DNA of 64,000 nucleotides from Eledone cirrhosa (lineage: Eukaryota), in contig OZ024741.1 of the NCBI GenBank assembly GCA_964016885.1, forward strand, positions 143,406,001 through 143,470,000, given 5' to 3'. Positions 27,487 to 41,110 of this stretch are shown piece by piece. Numbering within the stretch: position 1 is the first letter of the stretch; the number at the start of each line of letters is the position of its first letter. The notes below the pieces were generated by a model, which did not search any database, was not told the DNA's origin, and saw only the letters and a list, made by a program, of their open reading frames with translations. The translations under genes were made by a program, and so were the position numbers.

Positions 27487-28419
27487 GTAAGTATTGTGAT
27501 TTGGTTTTCTACACCGGTTCTGGTACATTATTTTTTTCTTTGCATCCGTACTCAAACACACACACATACATATAATATGCATCTACACAATTCTAAGTCT
27601 CTATGCCTGTTCTCTTAAAATTAAATAAAATCTTCTGTCATTCGCGTAGTTTCTTAAATCGTTCGTTATATGTACACACACACACACATGTATACATATA
27701 TATATATATATATATAAACACACATATCAATATATATATATATATATATATGTAAAAAATATGTATAGCTAAGGTAATATATCGTACACATGTACAGATA
27801 TACAAAAACCCAACCCTCCCAATTATACAATAGAAAAACTTCACCTGGCAGCTGGTCTCTTTTTTCTTCTTTTTTGTTGCTTCCTTCCCGAATTTTATTT
27901 CCATTTTTTTTTCATTATTTTCTTCTGTCGTTTCAATGCGATTAGTTAAGCTTTTGCATGACTTATTAAAAAACAAAACATTTCAAATTAATTTAACAAG
28001 CTTACTTAAATACAGATTTGGAATTTTATTTATTTATTTAAAAAATTAATATTACATCAAAAGTAAACCTAAAAAGTAACAAAACATTTACTACTACTAC
28101 TAGTTATTATTATTATTATTAATGGTTTCTTTATTGATAATAATAAAATACCAGTCACGCACTGAGGTAGATTTAATCGACTTTCCCTTCCTTCAAATTG
28201 CTGGCCTTGTCCCAAATGTAAAAACCATTATTATTATTATTGTTATTATTATTCAACAACGTAATATTTTTTTTTGTTTTAGTTAATTTTATAAAAAAAA
28301 AATCTTTTTGTTTTAAATTTTAATTCAGGAAAATATTTGTAAGATATATAAGATTATGAACATATTTTATGTATTAATATAGCTATACATAATAAGGGTT
28401 TAGATCGATATACGATCTA

Positions 28420-28488
<69 letters not shown>

Positions 28489-28632
28489 TTCTGTGTGCAT
28501 ATATATATATATATATATACACACATACATACAGATAAATACATAGATATATACATATATACATATGTATACATATATATATATACATCTATATATATAT
28601 ACATAGAGATATATACAGATATATATATATAC

Positions 28633-28712
<80 letters not shown>

Positions 28713-28816
28713 ATACATACATATATATATATATACATACATATATATATGTACATACATATATATACATATATATACATACATACATATATATATATAT
28801 ACATACAGATATATAC

Positions 28817-28853
<37 letters not shown>

Positions 28854-29251
28854 CATATATATAGATACATACATATATATATACATACATATATATACAT
28901 ATATATACATACATATATATATACATATATATTAATATATACATACATATATATGTATATATATATATATGTATGTATATATACATATATACATACATAT
29001 ATATACACATATATACATACATACATACATATATATATATACATATATATATACATACATATATATATAGACATATATATACTCATATATATATATATAT
29101 ACATATATATATACACATATATATTCACATACATATACACATATATATATACATAAACATACATATATACATATACATATATATATACATATATACATAT
29201 ATATATATACATATACATACATATATATATATACATACATATATATATACG

Positions 29252-29301
<50 letters not shown>

Positions 29302-29595
29302 CATACATATATATATATATACACATACATATATATACACATATACATACATATATATACACATATACATACATATATATATAGACACATATACATACAT
29401 ATATATATATATACTGCCAGACAGTCCTATGCGAGCAAGACAATCACTCTTGCCTCAAGTGGGAAAACCCCCGTCCAAACCCATGCAAGCGTGGAACACG
29501 GACGTTAAACGTTGATGATGATGATATACATATATATATACATATATATATATACATATATATACATATACATATATATATATATATATATATAT

Positions 29596-30150
29596 GGTGG
29601 CTGCCAACTCGTTTTCGAGTACGGCCACTACTTTATATCCATGTAGGAGAACCCCTACCGATGCGCTGAACGAGTGTGACTTTTTAGTCCAGCCAGCGAC
29701 TTGAAAACTCTGGTACAAACACTACACTTGTGACAATTATTGAAACATAGTGCTGGGCCCATGGTACCATGTGATGACAAGTGCAGAGAGATCTCCAGAT
29801 ATAAAGCAATCCCTGTGCTGTGAAGCTTTTATAGTGAGCAAAGGCACTGCACAAAGCCAGTCCCACTCTCTTAACCAAGATGATATTTACCCAAAAAGAA
29901 GAACAAGTCAACATCATTGGATACCATCAGGGTTGCAGGTGTTATGTCAGAGTTTTCCTTCTAGAATTCTGCCTTGACAAAGGCTAAGGGGTCACCTCTC
30001 CCGGTATTTTTAGGATGGCCATTGATTCTTAAGTGCTCCTTTTCCCCTTGACAGGTTTTGTTTTTAGTCCTGCAGGATGTCCAAAGTCACCCTCCTCACC
30101 AAGAAACCTTGGTGGGGTTGCTAGTTTAGTCGCCAATGACCCGACCATGG
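29596..30150 (-). mobile_element. Unclassified TA-bounded element, one end truncated (see 39531-40139)
   Basis: Reverse complement of 39585-40139 with scattered substitutions and an identical terminus GCAGCCACCA|TATA. Confidence 0.7.
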
Positions 30151-30193
30151 GATATGTATATATATATATATATATACATACTTATATATACAC

Positions 30194-30226
<33 letters not shown>

Positions 30227-30315
30227 CATATATATACATATATATATATATACACACATATATATATATACACATATATATATATACACATATATATATA
30301 TACACATATATATAC

Positions 30316-30360
<45 letters not shown>

Positions 30361-30401
30361 CATATATATACATATATATATGTATATACATATATATATA
30401 C

Positions 30402-30492
<91 letters not shown>

Positions 30493-30535
30493 ATATATAA
30501 GAACAAAAGACGGTTAAAAGAGTTCCATGTATTTT

Positions 30536-30594
30536 ATTATGCGCATTTCAAAAGCAAATATCATCATGCAATAATATTTGTGTTTTCATCAGAT
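30536..30594 (-). ncRNA. Minimal type I hammerhead ribozyme motif (Penelope-like pLTR fragment ~30493-30694)
   Basis: Minus strand: AT-CTGATGA-AAACACAAATATTATTGCATGATGATATTTGCTTTT-GAAA-TGCGCA-TA-AT. Canonical core, palindromic stem III, AUA triplet, overlapping AATAAA. Confidence 0.6.
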
Positions 30595-30696
30595 AAAACG
30601 GGAAGACATGATATGAAGGTTAAAAAACACTTGTGGATAGTTCAGTTTTAAATCAACATATTGCTTTATTGTACTACAATAAAACTCACCTCCTAC

Positions 30697-30735
<39 letters not shown>

Positions 30736-30736
30736 C

Positions 30737-30905
<169 letters not shown>

Positions 30906-30994
30906 CATATCTATATCTATATATACACATATATATATATATATACATATGTATATGTATATATATATACACATATATATATATATATATACAC

Positions 30995-31045
<51 letters not shown>

Positions 31046-31098
31046 CATATATATATATACATATATATACATATATACATATATATACATATATATAC

Positions 31099-31155
<57 letters not shown>

Positions 31156-31198
31156 CATATATACATATATATATATACATATATACATATATATATAT

Positions 31199-31271
<73 letters not shown>

Positions 31272-31312
31272 CATATATATATATGTATATACATATATAC
31301 ATATATATATTT

Positions 31313-31345
<33 letters not shown>

Positions 31346-31352
31346 TATATAC

Positions 31353-31389
<37 letters not shown>

Positions 31390-31514
31390 CATATATACAT
31401 ATATATATATACATATATACATATATATATATATACATATATACATATATATATATATACATATATACATATATACATATATATATATACATATATACAT
31501 ATATATATATATAT

Positions 31515-32600
31515 ATGTAGTGGGATCACAGGTAAGCTAACTAAGAACATAGACTTTACATGTGGCCGGTGTTCTGGTGCAATAAGTAGCAGCAAGTGCC
31601 CACAAAATACTAGCTCTTTCAATTGCGCAGAGGGTTCTATAGAAATAGTGGACAGCTTCCGTTACCTGGGCGATAAAATCAGCAGTGGGGAAGGGTGCTC
31701 TGAAAGTACTGTAGCTAGAGTCAGAACTGGTTGGAAAAAGTTCAGAGAGCTTATACCACTATTAGCTGCTAAAGGGTTCTCCCTAAAAATGAAAGGCAGG
31801 TTGTACGATGCCTGCATACGAACAGCAATGTTGCATGGTAGTGAGACCTGGGCATTGTGTGCAGAGGATATACGCAGACTAGAGAGGAACGAAGCTTGCA
31901 TGCTCCGCTGGATGTGTAACAGTAATATACGTGAACGGCAAAGCATAAACGAACTAAGGAAAAAATTAGAGATAAGAGGGATCAGATGTTGTTTACTCGA
32001 GAGAAGGCTGCGTTGGTATGGACACGTGATGCGCATGAAAGTCGATAGCTGTATTACAAAGTGCAGGGCAATAAAGATAGACGGTAGCCACGGAATAGGC
32101 AGACCTAGAAAAACATGGGATGAGCTGATAAACTCCGACCTCACACACTTACACCTCTCCAAGACAATGTCACTGGACCGTGACCTTTGGCGGTACTCAG
32201 TAACAGAGAAGACCCGCCTTGCCAGTAGGCATCTCTAACAAACTACACCCCGTCCCGCCACTACCCCCACCCCATCCACACCACCCCGTTCCATGTAAAG
32301 TTATGTTGGTGCCGCGCCATCCAGGCCGAAACAAACGAGATCGTGTAGGTGTCACGACAAAAAAACACACAGTCCACGCTGTAATGTGGCCGTGTAGGCA
32401 ACACGGTAAAAACCTCCCAGACCCACACTGTAAATGTGGTTGGTGTTAGGAAGGGCATCCAACTGTAGAAAACCTGCCAGACAGCCCTATGCGAGCAAGA
32501 CAATCACTCTTGCCTCAAGTGGGACTACCCCCGTCCAAACCCATGCAAGCGTGGAACACGGACGTTAAACGTTGATGATGATGATGATGATGATGATGAT
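31515..32600 (+). mobile_element. Young 5'-truncated RTE copy (28-bp-deletion 3' variant)
   Basis: Open frame CSGITGK...VDSFRYLGD...[12 protein letters not shown]...GRPRKTW...KTRLASRHL*, 3' UTR and (GAT)n tail. TA arrays on both sides. Confidence 0.92.
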
Positions 32601-32720
32601 ATATATACATATATATATATATATATATTTATATATACATATATATATATATATATTTATACATATATATATATATATACATATATATATATGTATATAC
32701 ATATATACATATATATATTT

Positions 32721-32753
<33 letters not shown>

Positions 32754-32760
32754 TATATAC

Positions 32761-32811
<51 letters not shown>

Positions 32812-32900
32812 CATATATATATATACTTATATATATATATATATACACATATATATATACACATATATATATATATATATACACACATATATATATACAC

Positions 32901-32931
<31 letters not shown>

Positions 32932-32940
32932 CATATACAC

Positions 32941-32989
<49 letters not shown>

Positions 32990-32993
32990 TATA

Positions 32994-33126
<133 letters not shown>

Positions 33127-33257
33127 TATATACATATATATATACATATATATATATACATATATATATATACATATATATATATACATATATATATATA
33201 CATATATATATATACATATATATATATACATATATATATATACATATATATATATAC

Positions 33258-33314
<57 letters not shown>

Positions 33315-33431
33315 CATATATATATATACATATATATATATACATATATATATATACATATATATATATACATATATATATATACATATATATATATATA
33401 CATATATATACATATATATACATATATATAC

Positions 33432-33478
<47 letters not shown>

Positions 33479-33760
33479 CATATATATATACATATATATA
33501 TATACATATATATATACATATATATATATACATATATATATACATATATATATATACATATATATACATATATATATACATATATATATATATACATATA
33601 TATATATACATATATATATACATATATATATATACATATATATATATATACATATATACATATATATATATATACATATATATATACACATATATATATA
33701 CATATATATATATACATATATATATATACATATATATACATACATATATATATATATATA

Positions 33761-33810
<50 letters not shown>

Positions 33811-33832
33811 CATATATATTTATATATACATA

Positions 33833-33882
<50 letters not shown>

Positions 33883-33911
33883 TACACATACATATATATA
33901 TATACACATAC

Positions 33912-33958
<47 letters not shown>

Positions 33959-33960
33959 CG

Positions 33961-34032
<72 letters not shown>

Positions 34033-34045
34033 CACATATACATAG

Positions 34046-34102
<57 letters not shown>

Positions 34103-34107
34103 CATAG

Positions 34108-34164
<57 letters not shown>

Positions 34165-34169
34165 CATAG

Positions 34170-34216
<47 letters not shown>

Positions 34217-34286
34217 TATATACATATACATAGATATATATATACATATATATATATCTATATATATATACATATATATGTATATC

Positions 34287-34381
<95 letters not shown>

Positions 34382-34402
34382 CTATATATATATACATATA
34401 TC

Positions 34403-34447
<45 letters not shown>

Positions 34448-34711
34448 CTATATATATATACATATATATCTATATATATATACATATATATCTATATATA
34501 TATACATATATCTATATATATATACATATATCTATATATATATACATATATATCTATATATATATACATATATATCTATATATATATACATATATATCTA
34601 TATATATATACATATATCTATATATATATACATATATCTATATATATATACATATATATCTATATATATATACATATATCTATATATATACATATATATA
34701 TACGTATATAC

Positions 34712-34764
<53 letters not shown>

Positions 34765-34851
34765 CATATATACATATATATATATATACATATATATATA
34801 TACATATATATATATACATATATATATATATACATATATACATATATATAC

Positions 34852-34884
<33 letters not shown>

Positions 34885-34981
34885 CATATATACATATATA
34901 TACATATATATATATATATACATATATACATATATATATATATACATATATACATATATATATATATACATATATATATAC

Positions 34982-35090
<109 letters not shown>

Positions 35091-35091
35091 C

Positions 35092-35126
<35 letters not shown>

Positions 35127-35129
<3 letters not shown>

Positions 35130-36236
35130 TGCCCCAGAACACCGCCCACATGTAAAAGCTAACTAAGAACATAGATTTTACATGTGGCCGGTGTTCTGGG
35201 GCAATAAGTAGCAGCAAGTGCCCACAAAATACTAGCTCTTTCAACTGCGCAGAGGGTTCTATAGAAATAGTGGACAGCTTCCGTTACCTGGGTGACACAA
35301 TCAGCAGTGGGGGAGGGTGCTCTGAAAGTACTGTAGCTAGAGTCAGAACTGGGTGGAAAAAGTTCAGAGAGCTTATACCACTATTAGCCGCTAAAGGGTT
35401 CTCCCTAAAAATGAAAGGCAGGTTGTACGATGCCTGCATACGAACAGCAATGTTGCATGGCAGTGAGACCTGGGCATTGTGTGCAGAGGATATACGCAGA
35501 CTAGAGAGAAACGAAGCTTGCATGCTCCGCTGGATGTGTAATAGTAATATACGTGAATGACAAAGCATAAACGAACTAAGGAAAAAATTAGAAATAAGAG
35601 GGATCAGATGTTGTTTACTAGAGAGAAGGCTACGTTGGTATGGTCACGTGATGCGCATGAAGGACGATAGCTGTATAATAAAGTGCAGGGCAATAAAGAT
35701 AGACGGTAGCCACGGAATAGGCAGACCCAGAAAAACCTGGGACGAGCTGATAAACTCCGACCTCACACACTTACACCTCACCAAGACAATGTCACTAGAC
35801 CGAGACCTTTGGCGGTACTCAGTAATAGAGAAGACCCGCCTTACCTAAATACAAAGTAAAACCTACTACAGTCAGTAGGCATCTCTAACAAAATACATCC
35901 CCGTCCCACCACCCCCACCCCATCCACATCGCCCCCTTCTATGTAAAGTTATGTTGGTGCCACACCATCCGGGCCGAAACAAATGAGATCGTGTAGCTGT
36001 CACGACAAAAAAACACACAGTGCACGCTGTAATGTGGCCGTGTATACAACACGGTAAAAACCTCCCAGACTCACACTGTAAATGTGGTTGGTGTTAGGAA
36101 GGGCATCCAACTGTAGAAAACCTGCCAGACAGTCCTATGCGAGCAATACAATCACTCTTGCCTCAAGTGGGAAAACCCCCGTCCAAACCCATGCAAGCGT
36201 GGAACACGGACGTTAAACGTTGATGATGATGATGAT
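35127..36236 (+). mobile_element. Young 5'-truncated RTE copy with a 31-bp inverted 5' segment and one premature stop
   Basis: ORFs 35270-35560 and 35648-35848 split by TGA at 35558. Bases 35127-35157 are the reverse complement of 35176-35206 (one mismatch). (GAT)n tail. Confidence 0.9.
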
Positions 36237-36263
36237 ACATATATATATATATATACATATATA

Positions 36264-36925
36264 CATCATCATCATCATCAACGTTTAACGTCCGTGTTCC
36301 ACGCTTGCATGGGTTTGGACGGGGGTAGTCCCACTTGAGGCAAGAGTGATTGTCTTGCTCGCATAGGACTGTCTGGCAGGTTTTCTACAGTTGGATGCCC
36401 TTCCTAACACCAACCACATTTACAGTGTGGGTCTGGGAGGTTTTTACCGTGTTGCCTACACGGCCACATTACAGCGTGGACTGTGTGTTTTTTTGTCGTG
36501 ACACCTACACGATCTCATTTGTTTCGGCCCGGATGGCGCGGCACCAACATAACTTTACATAGGACGGGGTGGTGTGGATGGGGTGGGGGTGGTGGTGGTG
36601 GGACGGGGTGTATTTTGTTAGAGATGCCTACTGGCAAGGCGGGTCTTCTCTGTTACTGAGTACCGCCAAAGGTCTCGGTCCAGTGACATTGTCTTGGAGA
36701 GGTGTAAGTGTGTGAGGTCGGAGTTTATCAGCTCGTCCCAGGTTTTTCTAGGTCTGCCTATTCCGTGGCTACCGTCTATCTTTATTGCCCTGCACTTTGT
36801 TATACAGCTATCGACTTTCATGCGCATCACGTGTCCATACCAACGTAGCCTTCTCTCGAGTAAACAACATCTGATCCCTCTTATCTCTAATTTTTTCCTT
36901 AGTTCGTTTATGCTTTGCCGTTCAC
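36264..36925 (-). mobile_element. Young RTE 3' fragment (deletion variant), tail-to-tail with the previous copy
   Basis: (CAT)n on plus, shared [14 protein letters not shown]...KTRLASRHL. Confidence 0.9.
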
Positions 36926-36991
36926 ATATATATATACATATATATATATACATATATACATATATATATACACATATATACATATATATAT

Positions 36992-37074
<83 letters not shown>

Positions 37075-37075
37075 A

Positions 37076-37123
<48 letters not shown>

Positions 37124-37166
37124 TAGTTTAGCGAGGTTTTTTATATGAAATCGTGTGTCGAAACAG

Positions 37167-37356
37167 ATATTGTTATACTTGGGGAGGGTCATATTTGCGT
37201 AATATTGCCAGAATTATGGCAACATTGAGGACCGAGTAAGCTAGATCGCAGATATAAAAGACACCGAGAAGCGAAAACCAACCAAACAGTGAGTGTGTTC
37301 TGTTATTAATTCTGGCAATATTACGCAAATATGACCCTCCCCAAGTATAACAATAT
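37167..37356. repeat. Perfect 50-bp inverted repeat with 90-bp spacer
   Basis: ATATTGTTATACTTGGGGAGGGTCATATTTGCGTAATATTGCCAGAATTA (37167-37216) and its exact reverse complement (37307-37356). Confidence 0.9.
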
Positions 37357-37399
37357 ATATATATACATATATACATATACATATATATATATATTTTTT

Positions 37400-37733
37400 T
37401 TCATTTTTCATTTCACGTCCACATTTCCCTGCTTGCAAGGGTGGGACGGGAACTGATTCTGGCATGATTTCTACAGCTGGATGCCCTTCCTAACACCAAC
37501 CTCATTTACAGTGAGTGCTGGGTGCTTTTTTGGCGTGGCACCTCCACGACCACTTTGCAGTGGAATGATAGGGACTCCAGTCCCTATCATCTCATTTCTA
37601 CAGCTGAGTAAACTGGAGCAATGTGAAATAAAGTGTCTTGCTCAAGGAAACAACACATCACCCGGTCTGAGAATTGAACTCACAACCTTTCGATTGCAAG
37701 GCCAATGTTCTAACCACTAAGCCATGTGCCTCC
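37400..37733 (-). mobile_element. Full-length tripartite SINE: tRNA head, CORE-like body, RTE-derived tail
   Basis: Head GGAGGCACATGGCTTAGTGGTTAGAAC..GAGTTCAATTCTC, core CCTTGAGCAAGACACTTTATTTCAC, tail GTTGGTGTTAGGAAGGGCATCCAGCTGTAGAAA..GGACGT shared with the RTE 3' UTR. Near-identical copy at 52365-52693. Confidence 0.85.
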
Positions 37734-37785
37734 ATATATACATATATATATATATATATACATATATATATACATATATATATAT

Positions 37786-37840
<55 letters not shown>

Positions 37841-37887
37841 TATATACATATATATATATACATATATATATATACATATATATATAC

Positions 37888-37918
<31 letters not shown>

Positions 37919-37929
37919 CATATATATAC

Positions 37930-37994
<65 letters not shown>

Positions 37995-37995
37995 C

Positions 37996-38040
<45 letters not shown>

Positions 38041-38178
38041 CATATATATATATATACATATATATATATACAAATATATATATATACATATATATATATA
38101 CATATATATACATATATACATATATATATATACATATATATATATATATGTATATATATATATGTATATATATATATG

Positions 38179-38209
<31 letters not shown>

Positions 38210-38224
38210 GTATATATATATATG

Positions 38225-38279
<55 letters not shown>

Positions 38280-38296
38280 GTATATATATATATATG

Positions 38297-38325
<29 letters not shown>

Positions 38326-38327
<2 letters not shown>

Positions 38328-38619
38328 CATCATCATCATCATCATCAACGTTTAACGTCCGTGTTCCACGCTTGCATGGGTTTGGACGGGGGTAGTCCCA
38401 CTTGAGGCAAGAGTGATTGTCTTGCTCGCATAGGACTGTCTGGCAGGTTTTCTACAGTTGGATGCCCTTCCTAACACCAACCACATTTACAGTGTGGGTC
38501 TGGGAGGTTTTTACCGTGTTGCCTACACGGCCACATTACAGCGTGGACTGTGTGTTTTTTTGTCGTGACACCTACACGATCTCATTTGTTTCGGCCTCGA
38601 TGGCGCGGCACCAACATAA
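38326..38619 (-). mobile_element. Young RTE 3' UTR-only fragment
   Basis: (CAT)n plus a UTR near-identical to the neighbouring copies. Confidence 0.88.
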
Positions 38620-38627
38620 TATATATG

Positions 38628-38701
<74 letters not shown>

Positions 38702-38704
38702 CAT

Positions 38705-39329
38705 ATGTTGTTTACTAGAGAGAAGGCTACGTTGGTATGGTCACGTGATGCACATGAAGGACGATAGCTGTATAACAAAGTGCAGGGCAATAAAGATAGA
38801 CGGTAGCCACGGAATAGGCAGACCCAGAAAAACCTGGGACGAGCTGATAAACTCCGACCTCACACACTTACACCTCACCAAGACAATGTCACTGGACCGA
38901 GACCTTTGGCGGTACTCAGTAATAGAGAAGACCCGCCTTACCTAAATACATAGTAAAACCTACTACAGTCAGTAGGCATCTCTAACAAAATACCCCCCCC
39001 CCCCCCATCCACACCGCCCCCTTCTATCTAAAGTTATGTTGGTGCCACACCATCCAGGCCGAAACGAATGAGATCGTGTAGGTGTCACGACAAAAAAAAA
39101 CACACAGTCCACGCTGTAATGTGGCCGCGTAGGCAACACGGTAAAAACCTCCCAGACCCACACTGTAAATGTGGTTGGTGTTAGGAAGGGCATCCAACTG
39201 TAGAAAACCTGCCAGACAGTCCTATGCGAGCAAGACAATCACTCTTGCCTCAAGTTGGAAAACCCCCGTCCAAACCCATGCAAGCGTGGAACACGGACGT
39301 TAAACGTTGATGATGATGATGATGATGAT
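38705..39329 (+). mobile_element. Young RTE 3' fragment (full-UTR variant)
   Basis: [18 protein letters not shown]...KTRLT*, UTR, (GAT)n. Confidence 0.9.
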
Positions 39330-39369
39330 ACATATATATATATATACATATATATACATATATATATAC

Positions 39370-39434
<65 letters not shown>

Positions 39435-39441
39435 TATATAC

Positions 39442-39530
<89 letters not shown>

Positions 39531-39533
<3 letters not shown>

Positions 39534-40138
39534 TAGTTCACCAGTTGGTGCTACTGGTAACATGTATCCCAGTACAACCTGTCTCATGGTCGGGTCGTTG
39601 GCGACTAAACTGGCAACCCCACCAAGGTTTCTTGGTGAGGAGGGTGACTTTGGACATCCTGCAGGACTAAAAACAAAACCGTCAAAGGGCAAAGGAGCTC
39701 TTAAAAGTCAATGGCCATCCAAAATCACCAGGAGAGATGACCCCTTAGCCTTTGTCAAGGCAGAATTCTAGGAGAAGGAAGACTCTGATATAACACCTGC
39801 AACCCTGATGGTATCCAATGATGTTGACTTGTTCTTCATTTTGGTAAATATCATCTTGGTTAAGAGAGTGGGACTGGCTTTGTGCACTGCCTTTGCTCAC
39901 TATAAAAGCTTCACGGCACAGGCATTGCTTTATATCTGGAGATGTTTCTGCACTTGTCGTTACATGGTACCATGGGCCCAGCACTATGTGTCAATGATTG
40001 TCACAGGTGTAGTGTTTGTACCAGAGTTTTCAAGTCGCTGGCTGGACTAAAAAGTCATATTCGTTCAGCGCATCGGTAGGGGTTCTCCTAGATGGATATA
40101 AAGTATTGGCCGTACTCGAAAACGAGTTGGCAGCCACC

Positions 40139-40139
<1 letters not shown>
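39531..40139 (+). mobile_element. Unclassified ~610-bp element with TG...CA ends, flanked by (TA)n (solo-LTR-like or retroelement UTR-derived)
   Basis: Starts TGTTAGTTCACC, ends GCAGCCACCA, internal TATAAAAG at 39901. Homologues at 29596-30150 and ~22410-22598. No TIR or convincing ORF. Confidence 0.6.
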
Positions 40140-40171
<32 letters not shown>

Positions 40172-40263
40172 TATATATATATATATATATCTATATATAT
40201 ACATACGTGGGAAAGTAAAAAATCGGAGAATAGACCGTTAAAACATGTTTATTTAAAATATCA

Positions 40264-40299
40264 CCTACGTACGTTTCGCCTAGTTGGGCTTCTCAAGGG
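40264..40299 (-). ncRNA. Variant minimal hammerhead motif in a Penelope-like pLTR
   Basis: Minus strand: CCCTTGAGAAGCCCAACTAGGCGAAACGTACGTAGG, with stem II GCC/GGC, GAAA, palindromic ACGTACGT and AATAAA just downstream. Core CTTGAGA is non-canonical. Confidence 0.5.
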
Positions 40300-40433
40300 C
40301 ATAAATAATCACAAGTGTTCCTTATATTGCTCGGAAAGAGTTTTTGGGGTTAAATCTACATCAAGGTTCATTGCTCGCAAAAATATCTTGTTTTGATTTT
40401 GCAGCAGGTCAAGGGAGGTAACTCTGGCCGGTG

Positions 40434-40464
<31 letters not shown>

Positions 40465-40583
40465 GCCGCATCCATTTGTCTGAGGCTGGATCTGGTATGC
40501 AAGGATTGTTTTCTGGGTGTTATTTTGCAGCGCCTGCCCGCCGGGGTGTTAAGACTTGTTGCAGGGAGATCCAGTGTACTATT

Positions 40584-40996
40584 TCACTCTTCATCCTTAA
40601 CCCATCTGAAGAAGGATATTTTTAAGCGATGTGTACAACTTATCGCTGTTTCAGCTCTGCTGTTGATGAGCTCATGGGGTGAAGTTATGATGTGGTAGAG
40701 CTCCATGAGGCAAAGATCGCATTTCCTCTTGAAGTTGTACGGTGCAGCCCTGCCGACAATCTCCCAGTGCGTGGAGAAGCTGATGTTTAAGTCCTTTAGT
40801 GATGTGATGTAGTCCGCGAGCGAAGTGGAGTGCCTTAGTTTTCTATTTGTGAAAGAGTGGAGATGTGTTCGAAACCTAATTTTGAACGGGCCGGAGGTGG
40901 CCCCTATATAATGTTTAATGCTATTGTGGCTAGTAATAGTGCATCTATATATAACCCTATCAGTCAAGCAGTATCCTCTAAGGGGGCAGCGTCCTC
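40584..40996 (-). mobile_element. Penelope-like element, GIY-YIG endonuclease C-terminus (5'-truncated at a TA array; 3' region extends to ~40205)
   Basis: [69 protein letters not shown], the typical PLE GIY-YIG with Cys/His motifs. Frame open. Confidence 0.88.
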
Positions 40997-41034
40997 TGTA
41001 TATATATATGTATATATATATGTATATATATATG

Positions 41035-41107
<73 letters not shown>

Positions 41108-41110
41108 GTA

